DNA from: Nitrospirota bacterium
Lineage (GTDB): Bacteria; Nitrospirota; JACRHJ01
Length of the DNA stretch: 64,000 bases
Assembly: GCA_963733375.1 (NCBI GenBank)
Contig: CAVTDB010000009.1
Location: 32,001 to 96,000, forward strand
Reading direction: 5' to 3'
How positions within the stretch are numbered: position 1 is the first letter of the stretch; the number at the start of each line of letters is the position of its first letter. Below the pieces are notes generated by a model. The model had not been told where the DNA came from. It saw only the letters and a program-made list of their open reading frames with translations, and searched no databases. Positions 41,150 to 53,181 of this stretch are shown here, piece after piece. The position numbers and the translations under genes were made by a program.

Positions 41150-43065
41150 TTACCTCTGCGGCACTTTATATATTAGAAGCTTCGAGCTGTCTTCGATAAA
41201 GCTTTTCAGGGAATTGGCCCCGCCCATCGGCAGCGTCTTCGACTTGTGCTCGACTTTGAAGGTCGGGTCCGTGAGTATCGCTATCTCTTCCCTGCCGTCA
41301 TTGGAAACGCCGCCCACGCAGATGTCGGCAAGGTAGCCTTCGATATTCTTTATGCTCCAGCGCTGCTCAAGCCCGGCCCCGTTCCAGGCCATCGAGTATA
41401 TTTCAGCGCCGCTGTATCCGTGCCAGCGCCGGATGGCGTTTGTCATCGGGATGTTCTTGGTTATGATGATTTCCTTCCCGCCTTCCGGCCCCGTCCGGAC
41501 GATCACCCTGCCCTTGACCTTCCCCCGGTTGTCCGCGCCGGGAAACGCCAGCTTCTTCTCGTCGACCTCGAAGAAATTGTCGTACCCGCCGAAACGCTCG
41601 CTGCTTTTCCAGAGCTTTTTCCCTTGACTGTCCAGCACCTGAATATAGTCGTCGTCGTCAATCCATACGTAGGCGGGGACTTTTATATTCTTCCCGTGCT
41701 TGTCTTTCCCCGCTATTTCTATGATCGCGAAACCGTAAGGGTCCTTTATCTTGTAGGGCAGGCTGAACGTCCCCCGCCTTACGAGGACTCCGTCCTTCCA
41801 GGCCGTATCGTAGATCATGCCCGAATATGGCGCGTCCATGCCGACGGTGGTGGTAAGGAGCTTCCTCGATCCGTCCGGCATATCCAGCACCCTGAAAAGC
41901 ACCTGCTCGGGGCCGAACACCCTCTTGAAATTCGAGCCGTCATATTTTATGACGTAAGAGGCCGCCTTGCCCTCGCCGTAAGCCGTGACATAGACCTCGT
42001 CTTTCCCGTCCCCGTCGATGTCGGCGCATTCGACGTCTAAATGCTCCGCCGGCAGCGCATCAGCTTCGCGCCAAAGCTCCTGGAGCACCCCTTTTTCCAG
42101 CCTGTATATGATTATCCGGCTGCCGGTGGATATCGCAAGCTCCGTCTTGCCCTCTCCCGTAATGTTCCCGGCGGCGAAATGTTTTGCCCTGTAAGGCAGC
42201 TCGTCCATGTGGTAAAAATCACGCCTCTCAGCCGTAACAAGCGGGATGTCCATTTCTTTTTCTTTATATACGTCGCTTGTCGAATCCACCAGCGACGACA
42301 GGTTTTCCACCACGCTTCCGTCCGACGCATAGAGCTTTATTTCCACCGTCGTCCTGTCCTGCCTCTTTGTAGGCGAGGTCGAAAGCGTTACGACCTCTTG
42401 CGCGCCCTTGTCCTTCGCCAGCCCCGCGATCTCCTTTTGCCCCGCGCCCTTCGGAAGCTCCTCTATCCCCAGCATCTCGAACCGGCCTGAGTCGCGGAGG
42501 ATGTTCAGCAGCCTGTCCTGGACAAGTTCATTGACGTCGCCGGCGGAGGCGAAGACGAGCTTCGTTTTCTCGGTCGAGAGCCGGGCCAGGTCCCCCGGTA
42601 TTATCTGGGTAACCAGCAGTTCCTTCAACTCGCCCGTCGCCTCCTTGTCTTTCAGCTCTTTCACGATAAAGCTTCCGAGCGCCTCCTCCCGGTACCCCAG
42701 TATTTCCTTCGTAACCGGGTGGAATATCGGTTTCCCGGGGCGGAAGAGATATACCTGCGTGCCGACTGTAAGCCCGTTCGCGGCCCCGATGTCCACCGTA
42801 ATCGTCTTTTCATCGGCGTTTATGACCTTCCCCTCAGCACGGGGAAAATGCTCAAGCACAACGCCTGCCATCCGGTCCACGGTATCAGCCGGCGGGGCGG
42901 AAGCAACAGCGGGGGCTAAAACTTTCCCTTCCTTATAGCCCTCCCCACCGCGGGGGAGGATGGCACGGAGCGCCGGGGGGGGCTTCTTCGGCGGCAAGGA
43001 CGACCTGGGGGGCATTAAGGACCAGGAGAAAAAATAATGCCGATACTGCCAACAGACTTGTACAT
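41150..43065 (-). CDS. Exported protein with FlgT-C-like and VCBS/FG-GAP repeat domains
   Basis: Signal-like start; VDIGAANGL...HPVTKEILG; ADIDGDGKDE-type repeats. Confidence 0.65.
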
Positions 43066-43075
43066 AGAAACCCTC

Positions 43076-45195
43076 TTACCTTCGAGCTAAATTCAATTTT
43101 ATGGAAAGCGTACTATCCACCCCGGGCTGGAGCGTCACCCTCCAGACAGGGACTACACTTGAACCTTGAAAAACGCGCTCATACCCGGACTCGGATTGCG
43201 ATACCGTCTCGACCGGGAAGCGCCAAAGCGCCGCCTTTTCGCTGAAAGAAAGCGTCAGCACGTAGTTAAGCCATTCGTCGATCATCCGGACTTCCTGCAC
43301 GTTATTCAATTCTCCGGCGCTGGCGAAGTTATTGGCCTTCAGGGAGTGCCCCGGTATCTCGAAATACCTGTCCGGAGAGTTTCCGGCAAGCAGGGAGAAA
43401 TTAAACTCCACCGCGAAAGCGGTGTTAAGCTCCTCGTTGCCAACGTTTCGCAGGACGTAATCGGCATTAAGGCCGCTCTCGTCTTCCCGGACCGTTACGG
43501 TCTTCCGGACCAGCACCTGCTGGCCCTGCACCTCTCCCATGCGGGAGAGGACGACTATAACCTTGCCGTCCTGCTTCTCCACGGCGGATGAGTACGCGCT
43601 CTTTACGAAATCGCCCGCTTCCTTGTGCGAAGAGTTCCTGAACGCCTCGAAGTCCATCTCCCCGCCCAGGAAATGGTCTATGAGCGAAGCCTTCCTGTAC
43701 CAGTCGTAGTGCAGGTACTTGAAAAGCCCTTCCTCCTTCGCGCCCATCTTCTCGTGTATGGTCGCCGCGCTTTCGCCTGCGTGGGCCGCGGAGTACTGGT
43801 CCTGCAGCTTCCGGTGGTAAGCTTCCGGCCGCCGGGAAAGCGTATTCATCAGGTTCATGGATATCGGGCGGTAGTCCAGCTCGTAGATTATCCCGCCCTC
43901 GCCGGGGTCAAGGGCCACGGCCATGCCGCCGTTGGTTATCATCACCTCGTCGGAGAGGTCTCCGTCCAGGTCGGCTGTCTCCACCGTGAGCCTGCCCTCC
44001 GCTCCCGATGCAGCTTCGGCGGCTATCTCCGCTTTTATCAGGTGGCGGTAAACCGAGTCCCGGAGGTGCGGGAGGTATAGACCCGCCAAAGACGCCGTGC
44101 CAGTACGCGTCGTTGCATTGCCCGCGCCAGAGGTCGTCGAATGCTTCATCGTTTAAGGACGAGCCGCCGGCGTCGTGCACCTTGCGGCTGACCTGGAGCA
44201 TCCGCTTGTGCATGGCGTTAGCTTCCGGATATTTCGAAAGGAAGTTCCGGAAGAAGCCGCCCTTGACGAAAAGCCTTTTTATATCGTATCCCGGCTGAAG
44301 TTTCAGCTCTTCCAGGAAGTCCTCGTACTCCACCATCGCAGCCGCCGGGAGCGACCACTCGCCCATCTCCATGTACGAGCAGGTCGGAAGATATACCCTG
44401 CCCCTGGGGCCTTCGGAGTCTATATACTCGCTGAAGGTTGGCAGTCTGCACCAGGTCCGAGTTCACCTCCAGCGCCTTGATGAACCGCCGGAGCCAGCCT
44501 TCCTCGTATACCCATTTATAGGTCCCGGGCCAGCAGCCGAACTTCTCCCCGTCGTCCGCCATGACCGCAAGCGTGTTATCGCCCGCGTCCGGGATGTCCC
44601 GGAAGCACTGGATGGTTTCTTCCGGCTCCTTGAAGGGGATAGTGTAACGCAGCCTCTCGCTCCCGGGGAATACTTTGAGCGTCTTGCCCTGTTCTTCGGT
44701 AATGAAGTACCCGGTCAGCTCATTGTCCCTGAGGCCCGACATCTTGAAATGGAAATCGTCCACCACGACGTATTCGATACCGGCGTCGCTTATCGCGGCC
44801 GGCAGGTGGGGCTCCCAGACCCTCTCGGCAAGCCAGATGCCCCTCGGTTTTTTGCCGAAATGCTCCTCTACGAACTTCGAGAGCTTCCGTATCTGGCCCA
44901 GCTTGTCCTCGTCCGGGAGCAGCGCCAGGATGGGCTCGTAGAAGCCGCCGCCCATGACCTCCGCCTGCCCCGATTCCACCATCGACGCGACGGTTTTGAT
45001 GAAATCCGGGTGGCTTTTCAGCATCCACTCAAGGAGCGAGCCCGTGAAGTGCAGGTTTATCTTGAACCAGGGGACCTCCCTGACCGCCTCCACGAGTGGG
45101 AGATAGGCGTTATGGTACGCCTCTTCCGCGATATGGTCGAAGTTCCCTACCGGCTGATGGTTATGGATGGCAAATACGAATTTTATTTTTTTCAT
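43076..45195 (-). CDS. GH57 alpha-amylase/4-alpha-glucanotransferase (frameshifted)
   Basis: HNHQPVGNF, WLAERVWEP, DDGEKFG, QCNDAYWHGVFGG, TVSQSESGYE. Confidence 0.92.
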
Positions 45196-45334
45196 GGCCC
45201 TTTTAAACGTAAGTTTTGATATTAACAGAGAAAGAGGGTGTAGTCAAGGATTTAGCGGGGACCATTTCGCTTGAAAATGCGGGGGATTTCGGCTATTATT
45301 TAAGGAGGAAGGGGCATCACCCCAAGAGGCCGTA

Positions 45335-46321
45335 ATGAAAGTTCTTACCGGGTTAAAGGCGGACACTGAGCAGTCGAGAAACCTGCTTTTCTCTCTCATA
45401 CTGACCGGATTTATTTTCCTGGTGGAGGTTACCGCCGGGTTCCTCACAAACTCCCTGGCCCTGCTCTCCGATGCGGCCCATGTCCTTACCGACCTGGTCT
45501 CGCTTGGCCTCGCGCTTTTCGCGATAATACTTTCCGCCCTCCCCGCAACGGATACACGCACCTACGGCTGGCACAGAAGCGAGGTTTTCGCGGCCCTTAT
45601 AAACGGCATGACCCTTGTAGTCATATCCGGGGTCATAGTCTTTGAGGCCGTGCAAAGGCTTTCCGCCCCCGAACCGGTAAAAAGCGTCGGGATGCTGGTC
45701 GCGGCCGGTTTCGGCCTGGTAGTGAACCTCTTCGTCGTCCACCGCCTGCATGGCCACGACGAGCATGACTTAAACGTCAGGAGCGCATTCCTGCACGTCG
45801 TGGGGGACGTGCTCATCTCCGTGGGCGTTATAATCGGCGCGGTTATAATCTATTACACCGGCTGGTATCTGGTCGACCCTATACTGTCCATAATATTCTC
45901 CCTCGTAATCCTGCGCGGGGCGATAACGGTGCTTTACGAGGCGGCCCACATACTCCTTGAAGGCGTGCCGAAGGGGCTGGATATCAACGCCGTGGTGGAC
46001 GAGATAAAGGAAGTAAACCACGTCCTGGACGTTCACAGGCTGCATGTCTGGAGCATCTGCCCAAGCATATCGGCGCTCTCGGCGCATATCATGATCGACC
46101 CGGAATACCACGGGGAGCGCAAAAAGATAATCGACGACATAAACTGCCGCCTCATTTCCTGCTTCCACATAAACCACTCCACCCTTCAGCTGGAAAAAGG
46201 AGAGTGCGAGTTCAATAACCTTGTCTGCGACATCGCCCACTGCGAGCGCCGGGTGGCGCACACCCACGCGCACGGCCACAGCCACGAAGAAGAGCACAGC
46301 CTCCACACAGTCGCACATTAA
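45335..46321 (+). CDS. CDF family Zn/Co/Cd exporter (CzcD/ZitB-like)
   Basis: SLALLSDAAH, SAFLHVVGD, His-rich C-terminal tail. Confidence 0.92.
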   Translation: MKVLTGLKADTEQSRNLLFSLILTGFIFLVEVTAGFLTNSLALLSDAAHVLTDLVSLGLALFAIILSALPATDTRTYGWHRSEVFAALINGMTLVVISGVIVFEAVQRLSAPEPVKSVGMLVAAGFGLVVNLFVVHRLHGHDEHDLNVRSAFLHVVGDVLISVGVIIGAVIIYYTGWYLVDPILSIIFSLVILRGAITVLYEAAHILLEGVPKGLDINAVVDEIKEVNHVLDVHRLHVWSICPSISALSAHIMIDPEYHGERKKIIDDINCRLISCFHINHSTLQLEKGECEFNNLVCDIAHCERRVAHTHAHGHSHEEEHSLHTVAH

Positions 46322-46333
46322 AATCTCATAACG

Positions 46334-46366
46334 CCCCCTGACCCCCTCTTAATCTTAAGAGGGGGG
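46334..46366. repeat. REP-like GC-ended hairpin (may act as a terminator)
   Basis: CCCCCTGA-CCCCCTCTTAA-tc-TTAAGAGGGGG just after the CDF stop; single copy here and no U-tract. Confidence 0.45.
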
Positions 46367-46555
46367 AAATTATGATTTAACCCTATTTCCGCGCCGGTGC
46401 GCGCCTTTACTCCCGTCCCGACCCCCTTTTGGTGTTTTCCCGCCCCCTGCGCGCAAGCCGGGTCCCATTAATTTTGTGGTATATTAGGAAATGTATTCGC
46501 AAATGGTCCTGCGGTTACCGATACATCAACCTAAGGCATGGAAAAGAGGAAAAAA

Positions 46556-48058
46556 ATGGCAACCAAAAAAAAACGTATGACAACTGCCTTTGGAATTCCC
46601 GTCGGCAATGATCAGAACAGCATGACCGCCGGAGAACGCGGGCCTGTCCTGATACAAGACGTCCACCTTTTAGAGAAGCTGGCTCATTTCGACAGGGAGC
46701 GTATTCCGGAGCGGGTGGTGCACGCAAAGGGTGCGGGCGCGCACGGTTATTTCGAGGTTACGGCCGACGTTACAAAATACACCAAGGCGAAATTTCTTTC
46801 GAAAATCGGCCAGCGTACCGAGGTCTTCGCCAGATTTTCCACGGTTGGCGGTGAAAGAGGCTCGGCGGATGCAGCGCGTGACCCGCGGGGTTTCGCGCTG
46901 AAATTCTATACGGAGGAAGGCAATTACGACTTAGTCGGGAATAACACGCCGGTCTTCTTCATCCGGGACCCGCTCAAGTTTCCCGACTTCATCCACACGC
47001 AGAAGCGTAACCCGGCCACGAACCTGCCGGACCCCGACATGTTCTGGGACTTCCTGTCTTTAACGCCGGAATCGATCCATCAGGTCACCATCCTCTTTTC
47101 TGACAGGGGCACGCCTGCCACCTACCGCAATATGAACGGATACAGCAGCCACACCTATAAATGGTATAACGACAAGGGCGATTATGTCTGGGTGCAATAT
47201 CACTTCAAGACGGACCAGGGCATAATAAACCTTGCCCGTGAGGAGGCAAGGCGCATCTCAGGCGAAGACCCGAATCATGCCACCCGCGACCTGTATAACG
47301 CCATAGATAGCGGCGAATATCCTTCCTGGACGCTTGAAATGCAGATCCTGACGCCTGAAAAAGCCAGGAATTTCCCCTGGGATATCTTTGACATAACCAA
47401 GGTCTGGCCGCATAGTGAGGTCCCTCCCATCAAAATCGGTAAATTGGTGCTGGACCGAAACCCGGTTAATTATTTCGCGGAAGTGGAGCAGGCCGCTTTC
47501 TGTCCCGGCAATGTGGTGCCGGGTATAGCCATTTCACCGGACAAGATGCTGCAATCCAGGGTTTTTTCCTATCATGATACCCACATCCACCGTCTGGGCC
47601 CCAATTACAACCTGATCCCGGTAAACGCTCCCAAAAACGCCCCTGAAAACAGTTACCAGCGAGACGGCCTCATGCGTGTCGACGCCAACGGAGAAGCCGG
47701 CCCCAATTACTGGCCTAACAGTTTCGGCGGACCGGAGCCGGACCCGAAGGCGGCTGAGCCTCCATTTGAGATTTCCGGTCAAGCCGGGCATTATGCCTTT
47801 ACGTATCCTAATGATGATTTCGTGCAGGCCGGCAACCTCTACCGCAATGTCATGAAAGAAGAGGACAGGGAACACTTGGTCGGCAACATCGTGGACCATT
47901 TGGGCGGCGCTCAAAAACGCATCCAAATCCGCCAGACGGCGCTCTTTTACAAGGCTGACCCGGAATATGGCCGCCGCGTGGCGGAGGGGCTTAAACTGGA
48001 CATAAAGGAAATAAAGGCCCTGGCGGCCAGCATATCCAAAGAAGAGCGGGTCGCTTGA
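46556..48058 (+). CDS. katA: Monofunctional small-subunit heme catalase
   Basis: [32 protein letters not shown]. Confidence 0.95.
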   Translation: MATKKKRMTTAFGIPVGNDQNSMTAGERGPVLIQDVHLLEKLAHFDRERIPERVVHAKGAGAHGYFEVTADVTKYTKAKFLSKIGQRTEVFARFSTVGGERGSADAARDPRGFALKFYTEEGNYDLVGNNTPVFFIRDPLKFPDFIHTQKRNPATNLPDPDMFWDFLSLTPESIHQVTILFSDRGTPATYRNMNGYSSHTYKWYNDKGDYVWVQYHFKTDQGIINLAREEARRISGEDPNHATRDLYNAIDSGEYPSWTLEMQILTPEKARNFPWDIFDITKVWPHSEVPPIKIGKLVLDRNPVNYFAEVEQAAFCPGNVVPGIAISPDKMLQSRVFSYHDTHIHRLGPNYNLIPVNAPKNAPENSYQRDGLMRVDANGEAGPNYWPNSFGGPEPDPKAAEPPFEISGQAGHYAFTYPNDDFVQAGNLYRNVMKEEDREHLVGNIVDHLGGAQKRIQIRQTALFYKADPEYGRRVAEGLKLDIKEIKALAASISKEERVA

Positions 48059-48973
48059 GTAGCAGCATGACATTGGTGACGGGCGCGACCGGCTTCGTCG
48101 GAAGCCACCTCGTAAAAAGACTCGCCTCCTCCGGCAGGCCGGTGCGCGCGCTCGTCAGGAACCTGGAAAAAGCCCGAAAGATTTTCGGGGGGAGCGAGGG
48201 GGCGCTGCTTCCCGAACATCGACCTTGCGCAGGGGGACGTCGGCGACCGGGAGTCCTTAATCCGCGCGGCCCAGGGCTGCGAGGCTGTCGTGCACCTTGT
48301 CGGGATAATCCAGCCCGCGCCAGGTCAGAGCTTCCTTTCCATCCATGTAGAAGGCACGAGGAACGTCCTGGACGCGGCATTGAAGGCGGGCACGGTAAAG
48401 CATTTCGTTTACCAGTCCGCGCTTGGGACCAGGGAGGACGCTAAATCCGAATATCACAAGACTAAATACATGGCGGAGGAGATGACCCGCTCCTCCGGGC
48501 TTAACTGGTCCATCACCCGCCCGTCCATCATCTACGGGCCGGGCGACGAGTTCACCCTCAGGATGAAATCGCTGATAAGCATGCCGTACCCGTTCATACC
48601 GCTTCTGGGTTCCGGAAAAGGGCTGTTTCAACCGGTTTACATAGACGACCTGACGGAGGCGCTGGCGAGGATAACCGGGGAGCCGGAATTTTATGGAAAG
48701 GTTGCGGAGCTATGCGGGCCGAGACAGCTGACTCTGGACGAAGTGGTCCTTGAAATCGCTTCCGCGATCGGAAAAAAGAAGTCCATCATGCATATCCCCG
48801 TGCCGTTCGCAAGCCCGGCAGTTATGGCAATGGAAGCAATCCTGCCCAAGCCGCCGGTAACGATGGACCAGCTCCTGATGCTAGGGGAGGATAACGTCTG
48901 CGGGACGAATTGCATGACTGAGCTGGGGATAGAGCCGATTGACTTCCGGGAGGGTTTGAGGAAGTTTCTTTAG
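48055..48973 (+). CDS. NAD(P)-binding atypical SDR, NDUFA9-like (frameshift near 48210)
   Basis: [29 protein letters not shown]. Confidence 0.85.
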
Positions 48974-49059
48974 TCAAAAGAAATTTACATTAAACGGCGG
49001 ATTCTTCGCTCCGCTCTGAATTGCATTCCCTGACTCGCCCGCCACTGTTTTTTAGCACC

Positions 49060-49796
49060 CTATTTACGAAACAGCGCCGTTACTGGCAGGAATAAAACCA
49101 CTCCCGTCATGCCGAGACTTACCTCCCCTATCCAGAAAGTCATGGAGAGGTTGAAGACAAGGACGATGAAGTAGAGCGCGGGGCCCATCAACTCTTTTAC
49201 TGGCACAGGCGCGTTATCTTCGCTTTGAGGGCCGTCCACGGCCCCGTCCATGGCCCCATCGACGGCCTTCCATATCCGCATCGTAAGCGCCCCCACGAAA
49301 AACCAGCCGACGAAATTCTCAATAGTCACGCCGAAATAAGGCCCCGGCACTGGATAGTAATAAATCTTGCCCAAAAACCATCTGTCCCCCCGGAGCGCGA
49401 GCGGGTCTATCACTACGTCCAGCAGCGTCATCAGGAAAGCGCCCAAGTATAATGATCTTCCAGGAAAATTTTTCACCCTGCGGTATAAAAAAACGCGCCA
49501 TGCGCCAGCTCGAGTACGACAGGAACGTGAAAGAGAGCGAGTCCATGAACGGCACGCCCATGACCCACAACTCCTTACCCGTTGTCGAAGGGATGTAGTA
49601 ATAAAGCCCGAACGGGAACCCGGTCCTGACGGACGAGAACTCGGAGACATAGGCGACCGCCCAGGCGATCAGGGTGAAGAGGACGGCCTTCTTCGGGCCG
49701 AGTTTTTTTAGTCGCCGCGTATAAATAAATACCCAGGAATAAAAAAACGTACGGGCGGAAAAGGACGGTCAGGAAAAAAAGCCTGAGGTTTTCCAT
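49060..49796 (-). CDS. CruF-like (DUF422) membrane protein (frameshifted)
   Basis: SEFSSVRTGFPFGLYYY, GVPFMDS, DVVIDP, YFGVTIENFVGWF. Confidence 0.7.
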
Positions 49797-50784
49797 CAGG
49801 CGTACCCGTTCTCGCGGAACCATTCGACAGCGGAGAGGAGCGCCCCCTCCACCGGGCTTTGCGGCAGGCCCAGTTCCCGGATCGCCTTGGACGGGTCGAA
49901 GAACATCATCTTCTTAGCCATCTTTACGGCGTCCAGCGGCGCAAGGGGCGGTTTCCTTGTAACGTAGTCGGCGAGCTTCGTGCTGACGTAAGCAATGGGC
50001 AGTACCGACCAGTACGGGAGCTTTATCCTGGGCGCGGGAATACCGGTTATGCCGGATAGGATAGCAAATATCTCTTCCAGCCGAAGGTCCCTGTTACCCA
50101 GGATATATTTCTGTCCCGGCACCCCCTTCTCCATCGCGAGGATATGCCCCTGGGCCGCGTCGTCCACGTCGATAAGGTTAAGGCCGGTGTCCACATAGGC
50201 GAACATTTTACCTTTCAGGAAGTCCAGTATCATCTTCCCGGTAGGCGTGGGCTTTACGTCCCGCGGGCCGACCGGCGTACTGGGATTTACTATCACGACC
50301 GGGGGGCCTTTAGCCCCCCGTATTTTTCCGCAAGACGCTCCGCCATAAACTTCGACCTCTTATAATCTCCCGCCATATCCGCCAGCGTCACGGGAGTATC
50401 TTCCGTGCCTGGAGTGCCGTCGCCCGGGTTGCCAAGCGCGCCGACCGTGCTGGTATATACGACACGCTCCACCCCGGCCCTTAGCGCCGCGTCAAGGACG
50501 TTCTTCGTGCCCTGTACGTTCACCTCGTATATCCTGCTTGAATCCGGGACCCAGAGGCTGTACTCCGCCGCGGCGTGATAGACCCTCCGGCAGCCTTCCA
50601 TCCCCCGGATAAGAGAGTCCGCATCCAGCAGGTCGCCGTATGCTACCCGCACCGGAAGCCCCTCTAAATTTCTGCCGTCGCATCCGCGCCGGGCTAAACA
50701 GACAACCTCCTCGCCCCGCTCGATAAGCTTCCTGACCAGCGCCGCGCCAAGGAAACCCGTACCGCCCGTAACGAAATTCTTCAT
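49796..50784 (-). CDS. hpnA: Hopanoid-associated sugar epimerase (frameshift near 50310)
   Basis: TGGTGFLG, HAAAEYSLW, YKRSK, NPSTPVGPRDVKPTPTG. Confidence 0.88.
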
Positions 50785-50892
50785 AAGGGAAAGGTTATAG
50801 AAACGGGGCTTAAGTGTCAACAGGATAACGAGCAGCACCGCATTGCGGCTCGCGAAATCATTTCGGGGATGACGGATATTGGGCTGTTATCC

Positions 50893-50921
50893 TTGACAGT
50901 ATAATTCACTTAATTTATTAT
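50893..50921 (+). promoter_or_regulatory. sigma70-type promoter
   Basis: TTGACA-17bp-TATTAT upstream of a GGGGAGG RBS. Confidence 0.55.
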
Positions 50922-50947
50922 TCGAAATCTAATTGGGGAGGTCTTAA

Positions 50948-51328
50948 TTGCTGAAGACGATTTTAGTACTGGCGGTCGGGCTTTGTTTCGAGTCGCTGGG
51001 AAACGTCCTGCTCAGAAAAGGTATGCTGCAGGTGGGCGAGGTTGAGTCTTTTTCCATCCCCGCGCTGTTTCACATCTTCATCAGGGGCGTAACCAACCTG
51101 ACGGTCGTCTCCGGCGTCGCGCTCGACGCGCTATTTTTCGCATGCCTGCTTATAGCGCTTTCCTGGACGGAGGTCAGCGTGGTAATGCCTATAACCGCCA
51201 TAGGCTATGTCACCACCACAATTACCGCAAAGATAATCCTGCACGAAGAGATTTCATCCCTGAGATGGGCGGGGACGCTCGCCATAGTTGTCGGCTGCAT
51301 GCTGGTCGGCAAGAGCGGGGCCCACTGA
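50948..51328 (+). CDS. Small four-TM EamA/SMR-like (ArnE/F-like) transporter
   Basis: GNVLLRKGM, ALSWTEVSVVMP, LHEEISSLRWAG. Confidence 0.8.
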   Translation: MLKTILVLAVGLCFESLGNVLLRKGMLQVGEVESFSIPALFHIFIRGVTNLTVVSGVALDALFFACLLIALSWTEVSVVMPITAIGYVTTTITAKIILHEEISSLRWAGTLAIVVGCMLVGKSGAH

Positions 51329-51977
51329 TTACCTGAAATACCTGCTTATCCCGACAATCCCGAATATGTAGTTCTGGCCCCTGTTCGGCTCCTTGATGCC
51401 TGCATTTGAGAGGTGCAGGTACCTGCACTCCGCGCTTATCGTCCACTTGTCCGTGATGAAATATTGCGCGCCCAGTGCGGGGTCCTCAATGAAATTGTAT
51501 TTTGTTCCCTGCACCTCGCGCGGTACATTCAGATATACCATCCCGAGCGAGACCGATGCGTAGGGGACAAACCTGCCTTTAAACCCGGTAAAGTCGTATC
51601 TGAAGCCCAAGGGATTAAGCCCCGCAAGACCTCTGTCATTAAGGGTCGTAATCAACCCCAACGGGACCTCCAGCTTATATTCCAGGACGCCCCGCAGAAA
51701 AGTATTTGCCAATATGACGTCCGTAACCGGGAGCGTGAAATAAGGTTGCAGGAGCGCGGTGTTCAGGCGGAAATGGTCGTTGTCCCAGGCCTTGTCGCCG
51801 TAGCCGCCCTGGATGCCGATGGACATGCTGTTGCTGATGTGCATCTTCGTATTTTGTTATTGGGAAGGGCTGGGCTTTGTCCTGAGGAGCTGTCTCCTGC
51901 GCATGGACCCCGGCCGCGGACAACGTAAAAGAAAAGAATATGAGTATCGCGGCGAGCGGCAGGAGTATTCTCTTCAT
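51329..51977 (-). CDS. PagL-like outer-membrane acyl hydrolase (frameshift near 51850)
   Basis: Signal peptide, beta-strand pattern, RYLHLSNAGIKEPNRGQN motif. Confidence 0.8.
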
Positions 51978-52020
51978 CTTGAGGGGATACCTTTTAATGT
52001 GGGTTTATTTATGACTTCTT

Positions 52021-53178
52021 TCAGGCCCTTTTTATCATCCTTCCTTCCCGGTCGATCTTAAAACTCTCGCCCTTCCAGCTGATGGTGCTGCCGGTGAAAC
52101 TAAAGAGCCATATCAGCGCGCTTGCAAGGTCCCTCGCCGGGAGGAGCCAGTAATATTTAAGCGTGCCCGGGGCCTTTATATATTTCCTCTCCAACCAGAC
52201 GGCCAGAGAAATTCTAAGCGTCAGGTCCACTAATAGAAGGGCCCATCCGGCCGGGGCAAAGCCGGACGCCATTAAAAAAAGCGCCGCGAAGGCGGTCCCT
52301 TTTGTCAGTCCGGCAAAGAAATAGCTTACAGGTCTGCAAGCCCGGTACGTCCTGCCCCATCTCAGTTGATGTATAAAATACTCTCTGAGACTCTCGCTGC
52401 CCAGGATACTGTCCACTACGAAACGCGAAAGCTTCAGCTTGTAGCCTGATTTATATATCTTGTTGCCGAACTGGTAGTCGTCAGCTAAGTAGTCCTTCAG
52501 CGCGTCGAACCCGCCTATCTTCTCCAGCGCCTCCCTGCGGGCCGCCATCGTGGCGCCAAGGGCGAAGCTTACCCCCTCCAGTCTTTCGGCCACGGTTACC
52601 GACGGGAAAAAATCGGCGTTTATGGTCAGGGCCTCGAAGGCCGCGCCAACGCTTTTGGGGTTACAGCCCCTGTACGGACAGGTCACAAGCCCGACCGCCG
52701 GGTCGTTAAACCCTTCTGAAACCTGGGAAAGATATTGCCTTCCCACCAGCATGTCCGCGTCGGCAACCAAAATTATATCATACTTTGCGAGAGCATACAT
52801 GGAGGTGAGGTTCGAGACTTTCCTGTTCGGCGAGCGGGGCGGGCCGGTTTCCACCAACAGCATCTCTTTTCCCGGGTATTCCGAGACGAGCCTCCCGGCT
52901 ACGGAGTATGCGGGGTCGGAGCGGTCCGAGACGCCGAAGATGACCTGAAAACAGGGGTAATCCTGCTCCACGAAGCTCTTCAAGTTCTCGTAAAGGCTTG
53001 GGTCCGCGCCTTTTAAGGGCTTCAGGACGCTGATGGATGGAGGATTTTTTTTATCCGGCGGCGCGGGAAGGCCGGGGCTTTTGTTTTTATAAAAAGAGGC
53101 GAGGCAATATGCGGAGATTATGTAATAGGAGGCGGCGGACAACCACAAGAGCAGCAGGATGGCAAGGATGACTGGCAA
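52021..53178 (-). CDS. hpnI: Bacteriohopanetetrol glycosyltransferase (GT2, ceramide glucosyltransferase-like)
   Basis: SVLKPLKG, NRKVSNL, DAD, LADDY, HQLRW; next to hpnJ. Confidence 0.88.
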   Translation of the reverse strand: MPVILAILLLLWLSAASYYIISAYCLASFYKNKSPGLPAPPDKKNPPSISVLKPLKGADPSLYENLKSFVEQDYPCFQVIFGVSDRSDPAYSVAGRLVSEYPGKEMLLVETGPPRSPNRKVSNLTSMYALAKYDIILVADADMLVGRQYLSQVSEGFNDPAVGLVTCPYRGCNPKSVGAAFEALTINADFFPSVTVAERLEGVSFALGATMAARREALEKIGGFDALKDYLADDYQFGNKIYKSGYKLKLSRFVVDSILGSESLREYFIHQLRWGRTYRACRPVSYFFAGLTKGTAFAALFLMASGFAPAGWALLLVDLTLRISLAVWLERKYIKAPGTLKYYWLLPARDLASALIWLFSFTGSTISWKGESFKIDREGRMIKRA

Positions 53179-53181
53179 GCT

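Noticed and set aside
46483-46505. Fur/PerR-like box upstream of catalase
   Set aside because: TAGGAAATGTATTCGCAA is only weakly dyad-symmetric; it cannot be supported without a lineage-specific matrix.
48997-49028. REP-like remnant GATTCTTCGCTCCGCTCTGAAT between convergent genes
   Set aside because: Single degenerate copy with no partner in the window.
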